Shown here: positions 54,527-62,478 of the stretch, one piece after another
How the letters are laid out: each line of letters starts with the position of its first letter
Numbering within the stretch: position 1 is the stretch's first letter
Assembly: GCA_043776335.1 (NCBI GenBank)
Contig: JAYVRL010000006.1
Coordinates: 33,011-97,010, forward strand
DNA: 64,000 nucleotides
Direction of reading: 5' to 3'
DNA from: Candidatus Peribacteria bacterium
GTDB lineage: Bacteria > Patescibacteriota > Gracilibacteria > Peribacterales > Peribacteraceae
Translations under genes and position numbers: made by a program
The notes under the pieces: model-generated
The model's database searches: none
Seen by the model: the letters and a program-made list of their open reading frames with translations, nothing else
What the model was told of the DNA's origin: nothing

Positions 54527-57500
54527 CTAGAGCCCTTTCCGCTGACACCGGCTGTTCAAATATTCCGCGATCACGGAAGCGCTGATGATCAGAAGGCCGC
54601 TCACGATCAAGAGCAGCGTGGGTTGTACGGAATGAATCACGAGCGTTTCCACGATGAAAGTGATGAACACCGACAAATTGAACATGAGATGAGCCAAATA
54701 CCCGTCGATGCGCTTGAATGCGGCGTAATTGCACATTTGTCCGACACCTTCGAAAAGACCGATGCCGATGCCGAGCAGCACGGCTTTGATCGTCATGCCT
54801 CCGAAAATGGGCCAATGAAAAAGGGCCGCCAAGAGAATGAGCGGCGATACGAAAACCAAGAGATAGAAAAAGATGTGCAGATTGAGCGTCGCGGGATCGG
54901 ACTTCGGAAAGCCTTTGATGTATTGGATTTGCGACACGACAAGCAATACGTCGAACAGAGTCGCGATGAACGCGAGAATGTCTCCCAGAAGACTGGAAGT
55001 GCCTTCGGTGATGCTGCTGTAAACAAGAATAGAGCTCCCGATGCCGGCAATGATGGCGAGCAGGAAAATCCAAAACATCGTTCGGGGTCGCTTCAAATAG
55101 GGAATGTCGCGACGCCAGAACGCGGCGGCGACCAGCAGGCCGAGCAGCGGTGCGAAGTTGTTGAAGAGAAGAAGATTCGTGCCGGTGGTATGCACGAGGC
55201 TCGCGTTTTTCAGATACATGTACCCGATCTGAGCGATCACCAAAAAGAGAAAAAATTTATCGTGAGGAATCGTGAGAAAACTCCGCAGCGGCTTCCGTTC
55301 GCTCTTGAATACGAGCTGCCGGAAGAACAGCACCAAAGATGAAACCGCGAGCACGCCGAACGCGAGCAAAAAAGTCCTGACGAACGGAGAAAGCAAATTG
55401 GCGGAGGTGTAGCGGATGTAGATCGGCTCCAAGCCCCAAATGACGACTGCTCCGAGGCGGATGAGGTAACCGACGATTTTGCGGCGACGAAGCGCGGACC
55501 ATTGCTTGTCGCTGATCGGCTTGATGCGTCGTTCGTCGAAAGGCTGAAAAAGTTCTTCATTCTGGAAAAATTTGATGCCCATGTAGAAGAGGGACACCGT
55601 GAAAATCGCGATGAGAGGCAACAAACTGCTCGTGATCCTGTGCAAGATGACGATGCGCAGCGTCAACGTAAGAAGACCGATCACATTCAGAAGCAAACCG
55701 ACTCCAAGGAACCACCGATCGGAGCGCATGCGGGCGACATACTGTCGCAGCAGACGCAGAAGGTAATAGTTGGCGGCAAGGATCGGAATAAGCGGAATCG
55801 CCTGAATGAGAAATTGCGGTACCAACGAGAGACTCTCGAGTGCGCGCTCGTAGGCCGGAAAGAGGACGATATCGAGGACGACAACGGCAAACGCCAATGT
55901 GAAGGCGGCGACCAGCAGAAATTTCTGTTTTTTTGAAATGAGCGTCTGCACGCGCGCGACCCAATCTTGACGCTCGAGGAGATCGACGAAGTCCGCAAAC
56001 TGCAAACGATCGTCGCATGACCCTGTGAGGAGCAAATCGAAATGCCCGTTTGTCGCATTGAAATGGAGACTCGTGCGGTCGACGCTCACGTCGCTCAGGC
56101 GAATGACGCCGTTGAGCTGGGACAGAATATCGTTTTTGCGAAGCTGCGTTCCGTTCACATTGAGACGAAAGGAGTAGCGACTGTGCGCGACGGGCAACAA
56201 TCTCTGATGATCCGGGAAAAGGTAAAAAACGACGTCTCGGGCTCGTACGACGCCCTCACCGACCATCGCAAGCACGTCATCAAATTGTTCGCGACGAAAA
56301 TGTTGAGCCGCATGAACACATTGAATGCGAGAGAGATCCTGCAACAGTCCTTTGTTGTAATGATCAAGCTCTTTCTGCAGCAGCGCGGCGCCGAAAGCGG
56401 TCTTCTCGGAGCGATCCGTGCGCTTCAACACATCGATGATCAGAAGCCTCGCATGTTGCGTCGACACCATCTGCAACCAATCGAATGTGACCTGCTCGGT
56501 CGGATCGGTCGTGATGTGGACATCGTCATCTTCTTTCAACGTCTCGCCGAGCGGCACCGTGCGACCGTTCACCGTGACGCTCTTCACAGAGCCTGCTTTC
56601 GCGTCGTACAGCGCGTAGGCCGCATCCAGAGCGGTCGAACCGTTCGGAAGCGACAGACGCTTTCGATCCACCGTGACCGAGCTCGACTCGCGCAGCACGT
56701 CGGACTCGAGTGCCTCCCAAAATGCGCTGCTGGAATCCCGTGTTTTCAAATCGAGCGATGCCGAACGTTTCAACCACGCGAAATTCGGAGCGACGTGCTC
56801 CGAGCCGAACATCGAAAGCGTGATGCCTTTCTTCGCCTGCTCAAACATGTGCGGAGTGCGGATGCGACATTCGATCACCGTGCCGCGCGGCAGTGTCACG
56901 TACGTATGAAGACTTTGATAACCCGCATCGCTCGGCGCTGCGATGAAATCGCGGAAATGACCGCTGACAGGCCTGTAGAGCGTATGGAGCGACTTGAGAA
57001 GACGATAACAATCCTCCTCGGTGCGAACGATGATCACGATGGAAAACGCGTCTTGGATGAGCGATGTGCCGCCGTGCTGCACGATGCGATCATGAAAAAT
57101 AAGCAGATTGCGCGGCAAAAGCGAGACGGACACGATGCCATGCGTCCCGTGCGACGTGCGCAGATCACGTTCAACCATCATGCGCAGCGGCTCACCTTCC
57201 ACGCACAAACGATCCCGCTCCGCTCTCTGATCCGCACCCTCGGGGAAAGCGTGCGGCACGCAATATTCCGCGAAGACGCGACGCACATCGCGCATGCCGA
57301 GGTGAAAAGCGATCTTGTAATAAATGGAAAGAGTTTCGAGAGCGAAGCGCTTTCGTCGCTCTTCCGTGGGCAATGCGTCGATCGTCTGCACGTTGTGCAC
57401 GCGATCGGCAAGCTTGATGAGGATGCTGCGCATATCGAGCCGCATGACGTCGAAGAGCTTTCGAAGCGTCTCGATCTTGCGATCCAAAGGCAAATCGGGG

Positions 57501-57826
57501 CTCAGGTCAGCCTGCGTGAACTTCGTGATGCCTTCGACGAGTAACGCCACTCGGCGCCCGAATTGGCGCACCAGTTCTTCTTTCTCGGTCGGAGTGTCCT
57601 CCAAGACGTCGTGAAGCAGCGCCGCGATGATCGTGTCGCGGTCGGCACCCCACTCGGCGACGGTCTTCGCCACTTCGATCACATGCAAGACATACGGAGT
57701 CCCGTCTTCACGCTGCTGCGGAGCATGCGCCCTCACCGCAAACTCAAATCCTCTTCTCACGTCCGCTTTGTCCCCGCTCAGGAGATGCTGCAGGCTCGGC
57801 TCGAGAAGAGAAAAATCAATCTGCAT
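54527..57826 (-). CDS. long RelA/SpoT homologue (intact HD hydrolase motif, TGS, ACT-like) fused to a ~470-aa polytopic membrane module with EamA/DMT-like C-terminal half
   Basis: ORF trimmed to ATG 57826 (MQIDFSLLEP...). HD motifs HVIEVAKTV...AALLHDVLEDT. Synthetase-like region GYQSLHTYV, ECRIRT. TGS region VNGRTVPLGETLKEDDDVHI. From ~55939 leftward there are ~14 hydrophobic helices. Confidence 0.8.
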   Translation of the reverse strand: MQIDFSLLEPSLQHLLSGDKADVRRGFEFAVRAHAPQQREDGTPYVLHVIEVAKTVAEWGADRDTIIAALLHDVLEDTPTEKEELVRQFGRRVALLVEGITKFTQADLSPDLPLDRKIETLRKLFDVMRLDMRSILIKLADRVHNVQTIDALPTEERRKRFALETLSIYYKIAFHLGMRDVRRVFAEYCVPHAFPEGADQRAERDRLCVEGEPLRMMVERDLRTSHGTHGIVSVSLLPRNLLIFHDRIVQHGGTSLIQDAFSIVIIVRTEEDCYRLLKSLHTLYRPVSGHFRDFIAAPSDAGYQSLHTYVTLPRGTVIECRIRTPHMFEQAKKGITLSMFGSEHVAPNFAWLKRSASLDLKTRDSSSAFWEALESDVLRESSSVTVDRKRLSLPNGSTALDAAYALYDAKAGSVKSVTVNGRTVPLGETLKEDDDVHITTDPTEQVTFDWLQMVSTQHARLLIIDVLKRTDRSEKTAFGAALLQKELDHYNKGLLQDLSRIQCVHAAQHFRREQFDDVLAMVGEGVVRARDVVFYLFPDHQRLLPVAHSRYSFRLNVNGTQLRKNDILSQLNGVIRLSDVSVDRTSLHFNATNGHFDLLLTGSCDDRLQFADFVDLLERQDWVARVQTLISKKQKFLLVAAFTLAFAVVVLDIVLFPAYERALESLSLVPQFLIQAIPLIPILAANYYLLRLLRQYVARMRSDRWFLGVGLLLNVIGLLTLTLRIVILHRITSSLLPLIAIFTVSLFYMGIKFFQNEELFQPFDERRIKPISDKQWSALRRRKIVGYLIRLGAVVIWGLEPIYIRYTSANLLSPFVRTFLLAFGVLAVSSLVLFFRQLVFKSERKPLRSFLTIPHDKFFLFLVIAQIGYMYLKNASLVHTTGTNLLLFNNFAPLLGLLVAAAFWRRDIPYLKRPRTMFWIFLLAIIAGIGSSILVYSSITEGTSSLLGDILAFIATLFDVLLVVSQIQYIKGFPKSDPATLNLHIFFYLLVFVSPLILLAALFHWPIFGGMTIKAVLLGIGIGLFEGVGQMCNYAAFKRIDGYLAHLMFNLSVFITFIVETLVIHSVQPTLLLIVSGLLIISASVIAEYLNSRCQRKGL

Positions 57827-57870
57827 CGGTGAGCAGTGTAGCGCAGACAGCTTCGGACGGCATTCAAACA

Positions 57871-57896
57871 ATAAAAAAGACCCTCCGGAGAGGGCC
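57871..57896 (-). terminator. intrinsic terminator 45 nt upstream of the RSH-membrane fusion gene
   Basis: Minus strand reads GGCCCTC-tccg-GAGGGTC followed by TTTTTTATT. Confidence 0.7.
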
Positions 57897-57910
57897 TTCT
57901 TGGCGCGGCA

Positions 57911-57943
57911 TTACTTGCCGCAGCTGCATCCACCGCCGAACAT
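57911..57943 (-). CDS. 10-codon ORF MFGGGCSCGK (candidate leader peptide or small-RNA-encoded peptide)
   Basis: ATGTTCGGCGGTGGATGCAGCTGCGGCAAGTAA lies between a near-consensus promoter and a terminator. No Shine-Dalgarno sequence. Confidence 0.3.
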   Translation of the reverse strand: MFGGGCSCGK

Positions 57944-57973
57944 AGAAGAGGGGGGAAAGAATTGAACAACCGC

Positions 57974-58003
57974 AGTATAGTTTAGTACTAAACCAATTGT
58001 CAA
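57974..58003 (-). promoter_or_regulatory. near-consensus sigma70 promoter (TTGACA-18-TATACT) on the minus strand
   Basis: Plus-strand TGTCAA at 57998-58003 and AGTATA at 57974-57979. Confidence 0.55.
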
Positions 58004-58151
58004 CCGTAACTGTGACTTTTTGCCGCAAGAAAACGAGACAAAATCTTGTGAATTTGATTGTGTTGGCGGGAAAGGTGGGGTACATTTTGGATAGATGGTG
58101 GTGCTTTTTAGGCTACTGCTTTCTACTTCTACTTATTTTCCACCATTTCTA

Positions 58152-58349
58152 ATGGCTACAGGCACGATCAAGACCAAGACCGAGAAAGGTTTCGGATTTA
58201 TCTCCACCACGGACGGTTCTCCGGACGTGTTCTTCCATCTGAGCGCTTGCAACGGTCAATTTGACATGTTGCAGGTCGGCCAGACCGTTTCGTTCGACAT
58301 GGGTCAGGGACCGAAAGGCCCCAAGGCCGAGAACGTGATGGCTGCCTAA
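58152..58349 (+). CDS. cspA: cold-shock protein (CspA family)
   Basis: In-frame ATG 58152. MATGTIKTKTEKGFGFISTTDGSPDVFFHLSA contains RNP1 (KGFGFI) and RNP2-like (DVFFH) motifs. Long 5' UTR. Confidence 0.9.
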   Translation: MATGTIKTKTEKGFGFISTTDGSPDVFFHLSACNGQFDMLQVGQTVSFDMGQGPKGPKAENVMAA

Positions 58350-58367
58350 GGTTCGCCTTTTGCAATC

Positions 58368-58394
58368 AAAAACCCGCCGAAAGGCGGGTTTTTT
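58368..58394. terminator. bidirectional intrinsic terminator
   Basis: AAAAACCCGCC-gaaa-GGCGGGTTTTTT: a 7-bp stem with a GNRA loop, between the convergent cspA and pyrK genes. Confidence 0.85.
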
Positions 58395-58423
58395 AGTTCG
58401 TGAAAGAAAAGTCGCGATCGTGC

Positions 58424-59260
58424 TCAGAACGAATGCTTCTTTCCGAGCGCGTCCCGATGATACTTCCCGAATTCGGCGATCTTCAGACAGAGCTCATTCT
58501 TGATCACGGGACCGTCAACGCACAGACGGATGCCGAGCGGATCGACCACGCAATTGCCGCAAAGTCCGTAGCCGCACTTCATGTACCTCTCGAGCGACAA
58601 CTGACTCGCGATCTTCCATTCTGACGCAAGCTTCGAGACCGACGCGAGCATGCGCTCCGGCCCGCAAGCGAAGACCTGATCCACGAACGACTTCTTCGTC
58701 GTGTGTTTCTTTTTTGTCAGCACATACTCGAGATTCTGCACGTTGAATCCCTTGAATCCGAGCGAGCCGTCATCGGTCGCGACATGCAACGTGGTCTTCG
58801 GGAGTTTTCGAAATTCATCCAAATATAGCAAGTGTTCTTCGCTCCTCGCTCCGACGAACACTTCGAGTCTGCACTGATCTTTGATCGCCTCTTTGGCCGC
58901 AAAATACATCGGTGCGGCGCCATAACCGCCCGCGATGAGCGCCAGATGCTGCTTCGGCTTCCAGTCGTAGAACGTCCCGAACGGCCCTCGAAGACCGACC
59001 AAATCCCCCACCTTGCTACCAGCGAGCGCCTTCGTGGCGTCACCGACGGCGAAAAACGTGACCTGCAATTGTTTGCCGTCATCGTACGCGACGCTCATCG
59101 GGATCTCGTCGACTCCCGGAATCCAGACCATGACGAACTGCCCCGGTTTGGCGCCGAGCGATACCGGGAACGTGAACGTGCGCACCATTTCGGTCTCGCG
59201 GCGAATCTTCGCTATGCGATACGTTCTCGGGAGCCGTGACTGGAGAGGAATGGTGACCAT
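58424..59260 (-). CDS. pyrK: dihydroorotate dehydrogenase (class 1B) electron-transfer subunit PyrK
   Basis: ORF trimmed to ATG 59260. FAD/NAD-binding fold (GQFVMVWIPGVDEIPMS, LIAGGYGAAP) and C-terminal 2Fe-2S cysteines CGYGLCGNC...C. Confidence 0.85.
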   Translation of the reverse strand: MVTIPLQSRLPRTYRIAKIRRETEMVRTFTFPVSLGAKPGQFVMVWIPGVDEIPMSVAYDDGKQLQVTFFAVGDATKALAGSKVGDLVGLRGPFGTFYDWKPKQHLALIAGGYGAAPMYFAAKEAIKDQCRLEVFVGARSEEHLLYLDEFRKLPKTTLHVATDDGSLGFKGFNVQNLEYVLTKKKHTTKKSFVDQVFACGPERMLASVSKLASEWKIASQLSLERYMKCGYGLCGNCVVDPLGIRLCVDGPVIKNELCLKIAEFGKYHRDALGKKHSF

Positions 59261-59264
59261 GAAA

Positions 59265-60215
59265 TTAGGAGCGAACGACGCGCGTCTTGAGCTCGGCATG
59301 CATGCCGCCGATAAGCTCGCTCAGATCCTTCACGCCGTTTTGCTTGCCCCACGCGATCATCTCCTCGCAGACCAAACGAAAGACATTCTCGCCCCTATAC
59401 TCGAGCGCGGTGCCGATGCCGATAAGGCTGGCGCCCGCAAGGAGGAACTCGATCGCATCTTCGCCGATTTCGACGCCTCCGGTGCCGATGATCGGCAGTT
59501 TGCCTTCCGTCGCTTTGTACACATCCGCAATGCAGCGAACAGCCAATGGTTTGATGGCGCGTCCCGAAATGCCGCCGACTTTGTTGGCCAGGATCGGCAT
59601 ACGGCTCGCGAGATCGATGGCCATGCCGGGACCCGCGGTATTGATGACCGTGAAACCGTCCGCGCCCGCTGCAGCACAACTGAGAGCGATCGCCGCGATA
59701 CTGTCCACGTTCGGCGAGAGCTTGATGAACACCGGCGTCTTGCCACTCACGGCTTTCACTGCCTTCGTGACGGCGGCGCTGTCGCCAACCGAACACGCGA
59801 ACGGCCTGCCAAATTCATCCTCAATGTTCGGGCAACTGATGTTCACCTCGAGAAAGTCAGGCTTGAGCTTCAGAATCAGCTCGGCCGTCTTCGCGTAATC
59901 CTCGACCGAAGACGCGATGATGTTGCCGATCAGCGGCACGGGTTTGTCGGCATTGAAGCTGCCGATCTCCTCGCGCGCCTTCTCGACGCCCGCATCGGGC
60001 ACACCGACGGCGTTCAATGTCCAATGCTCCGTCGAAATAATGGTGGGATTCGGGTGTCCTTTGTGCTCCTTCAGCCAAAGAGACTTCGTCGTGACCGCGC
60101 CCGCGCCGCCTTTCGCCGCTCTCCTCCAGCCAGAAGCTGTCAGTCCCCAAATACCCGACGCAAGTACCGTGGGGTTCTGAAATCGTACCCCGAGGAGTGT
60201 CTGCGCGAGCTTCAT
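59265..60215 (-). CDS. pyrD: dihydroorotate dehydrogenase (class 1B) catalytic subunit PyrD
   Basis: ORF trimmed to ATG 60215 (MKLAQTLLGVRFQNPTVLASG...). EVNISCPN, GGISGRAIKP, IIGTGGV motifs. Confidence 0.9.
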   Translation of the reverse strand: MKLAQTLLGVRFQNPTVLASGIWGLTASGWRRAAKGGAGAVTTKSLWLKEHKGHPNPTIISTEHWTLNAVGVPDAGVEKAREEIGSFNADKPVPLIGNIIASSVEDYAKTAELILKLKPDFLEVNISCPNIEDEFGRPFACSVGDSAAVTKAVKAVSGKTPVFIKLSPNVDSIAAIALSCAAAGADGFTVINTAGPGMAIDLASRMPILANKVGGISGRAIKPLAVRCIADVYKATEGKLPIIGTGGVEIGEDAIEFLLAGASLIGIGTALEYRGENVFRLVCEEMIAWGKQNGVKDLSELIGGMHAELKTRVVRS

Positions 60216-60231
60216 TACTGCTGACTGTAAC

Positions 60232-60311
60232 AAAAAAAACAGAGAGCGGGTAGAAGGTAGCGAATAGAAAAAGAAACTACCCGCTACTCGCTGCTCGCTA
60301 TCCGCTCTCTG
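60232..60311 (-). promoter_or_regulatory. pyrG-pyrD intergenic terminator/attenuator with two competing 5' arms
   Basis: Minus strand reads CAGAGAGCGG...AGCGGGTAG...CTACCCGCTCTCTG followed by T8. The 3' arm can pair with either upstream arm (10 bp or 9 bp), but not both. Confidence 0.5.
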
Positions 60312-60317
60312 AATTGA

Positions 60318-61958
60318 TCATGAATGCTTCACCGCAGCCTTCATGAATGCGTTGAACAACGGATGCGGACGATGCGGACGACTCTTGAACTCGGGATGGA
60401 ACTGACTGCCGAGCATGAACGGATGTTCTTTGATCTCAACGATCTCCATGAGCCCCGACTCCGTCCACTCGCCGGAGAAAATCAATCCTTTTTCCTCGAG
60501 ACGGGTGCGGAACGCGTTGTTAAATTCGTAACGATGACGATGACGCTCGCTGATCTCATCCGTTTTGTACGCCTCATGCGCTTTCGTTCCTTTCTTCAAG
60601 CGACACTTGAACGCGCCGAGACGCAGCGTGCCGCCTTTGCTGCGGCCTTTGTGCTGATCGGGCAAGAAGTGCACGACGTACTTGTCGGCGCCGAGCTTCT
60701 CTTTTTCGTCGAATTCCTGACTCGTGAGCTCGGAGTCCTTCAACATCGCGCGTGCGAACTCGATCGCAAGCAGCTGCGATCCGAGACAGAGTCCGAGGTA
60801 CGGCACTTTGTGCGTGCGAGCGTACTGCGCGGCGAGAATTTTACCCTCGATGCCGCGCGTGCCGAACCCTCCCGGCACGATGATGCCCGCGCAACCCTTC
60901 AACATTTTCCACATGTCGGCATCTTTCTTTTCCAGCTTCTCGCTGTCCACCCACACCACCTCGGCTTTGCGGCCGTGGAACACGGCAGCGGATTTGATCG
61001 ACTCGATGACGCTCAAATACGCGTCGTCCAAATCCGTGTACTTGCCCACAAGCGCGATCTTGATCGGATCAACGGCGTCTTCGTAGCGCTTTTTGCCTTC
61101 TTCCCACTCCTTCATATTCGGCTTCAGCTTGCCGAGTCCGAGCTTGTCTCCGATGACACGCGCGATGTCATACTGCTGAAAATTCAACGGCACGTCGTAG
61201 ATCGACTTCACCGTCTGCGCGGGGATCACGGCATCGCGCGACACGTCGCAAAAGCGGCTGATCTTGTCCAACAATTCCGTCGGAATCTTGTGATCCGCTC
61301 TCGCCAAAATCAAATCCGGCTGCAGTCCGATGCGACGGAGCTCACGAACGGAGAGCTGCGTCGGTTTGGTCTTCAGCTCTTTCGATCCCGCGAGATAAGG
61401 CAGAAGCGTCAGATGCACGTGAAAGATCTGCGCCGAACCCATCTCGGAGCGCATCTGGCGGATCGCCTCCAAAAACGGCTCCCCCTCGATGTCGCCGACG
61501 GTGCCGCCGACTTCGATCATCATGATCTCGGCTCCGCTTTCCTTCGCGGCTTTCTTCATCCAATCCTTGATCGCATTCGTAATATGCGGAACGACTTGAA
61601 TCGTGCCTCCAAGAAAATCGCCTTTTCGTTCTTTCGCGAGAACCTCGGTGTAGATCCTCCCCGTCGTCACCGTGCTCAGTCGACTCATCGGTTCATCGAT
61701 GAAACGCTCGTAATGACCGAGATCGAGATCCGTCTCCGCGCCGTCATCCGTCACGAACACTTCGCCGTGCTGAAACGGACTCATCGTGCCGGGATCGACG
61801 TTCAGGTACGGGTCGAGCTTCTGCACGAACACTTTGAACCCGCACGCCTTCAAAATCGCGCCGATGGATGCCGTGGCGATCCCCTTTCCGAGTGAACTGC
61901 AGATCCCGCCCGTGACAATGATGAACTTGGGTTTCTTCAGTGCGGATTTCTTGGGCAT
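60318..61958 (-). CDS. pyrG: CTP synthase
   Basis: 546 aa. N-terminus KFIIVTGGICSSLGKGI, the synthetase domain, and C-terminal GATase with GLCLGSQ (catalytic Cys) and HPEF. Confidence 0.95.
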   Translation of the reverse strand: MPKKSALKKPKFIIVTGGICSSLGKGIATASIGAILKACGFKVFVQKLDPYLNVDPGTMSPFQHGEVFVTDDGAETDLDLGHYERFIDEPMSRLSTVTTGRIYTEVLAKERKGDFLGGTIQVVPHITNAIKDWMKKAAKESGAEIMMIEVGGTVGDIEGEPFLEAIRQMRSEMGSAQIFHVHLTLLPYLAGSKELKTKPTQLSVRELRRIGLQPDLILARADHKIPTELLDKISRFCDVSRDAVIPAQTVKSIYDVPLNFQQYDIARVIGDKLGLGKLKPNMKEWEEGKKRYEDAVDPIKIALVGKYTDLDDAYLSVIESIKSAAVFHGRKAEVVWVDSEKLEKKDADMWKMLKGCAGIIVPGGFGTRGIEGKILAAQYARTHKVPYLGLCLGSQLLAIEFARAMLKDSELTSQEFDEKEKLGADKYVVHFLPDQHKGRSKGGTLRLGAFKCRLKKGTKAHEAYKTDEISERHRHRYEFNNAFRTRLEEKGLIFSGEWTESGLMEIVEIKEHPFMLGSQFHPEFKSRPHRPHPLFNAFMKAAVKHS

Positions 61959-62016
61959 GAGTGAAAGAGGGGAATTCCTAAGGGGAACCCGCCGAAATGT
62001 TCACGGCCCGCTGCGT

Positions 62017-62044
62017 ATTCTACTCACGACGAGCGCATTTGCAA
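62017..62044 (-). promoter_or_regulatory. pyrG promoter (TTGCAA-16-TAGAAT)
   Basis: Plus-strand ATTCTA at 62017-62022 and TTGCAA at 62039-62044, ~58 nt upstream of the pyrG ATG. Confidence 0.45.
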
Positions 62045-62092
62045 GAAAGGGCGCATGTTTTTTGAAAACTACGATGAATCCGAAAGGCAGGT

Positions 62093-62443
62093 TTAGCGCT
62101 TCTTCTTGCGAAGAGACGGCTTCGAAACGGCTTTGGTCTTCGTTCCGACCTCCTTCACCTTGGTCGTGATGAACTTCTGCACCTCATCCTTCGCGGTCTT
62201 GTAGTATTTCTGGACGTATTTCTTGCCCTCCGCGACATGCTTGTCCATGTGATGTTGCTCCGCAAGCTGCTGAACTTCCTTGGCGACCGTCTGACCGTCC
62301 GCGGAGAGATGCCTGCCGAGGATCTTCGCTGCGGCCGACGTATCCTTGGCTTTCATGAGCTCAGTACGAAGCTTCGTGTTGCTGAAGACGTACCCGGCCA
62401 TGACGCCGCCGAGTGAACCCAAGAGAAAGGAAAGCTTTTTCAT
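62093..62443 (-). CDS. YtxH-like small membrane-anchored, lysine-rich protein
   Basis: ORF trimmed to ATG 62443 (MKKLSFLLGSLGGVMAGYVF...) followed by a charged helical region. Confidence 0.55.
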   Translation of the reverse strand: MKKLSFLLGSLGGVMAGYVFSNTKLRTELMKAKDTSAAAKILGRHLSADGQTVAKEVQQLAEQHHMDKHVAEGKKYVQKYYKTAKDEVQKFITTKVKEVGTKTKAVSKPSLRKKKR

Positions 62444-62478
62444 AAGAACGGTGTGGAAAGGAGATCCGAAGTGTATCA

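Noticed and set aside
56042-57544. 500-aa plus-strand ORF
   Set aside because: It is antisense to the RSH-membrane fusion gene and is R/H-rich with no motifs.
60324-61895. 523-aa plus-strand ORF
   Set aside because: It is antisense to pyrG (CTP synthase).
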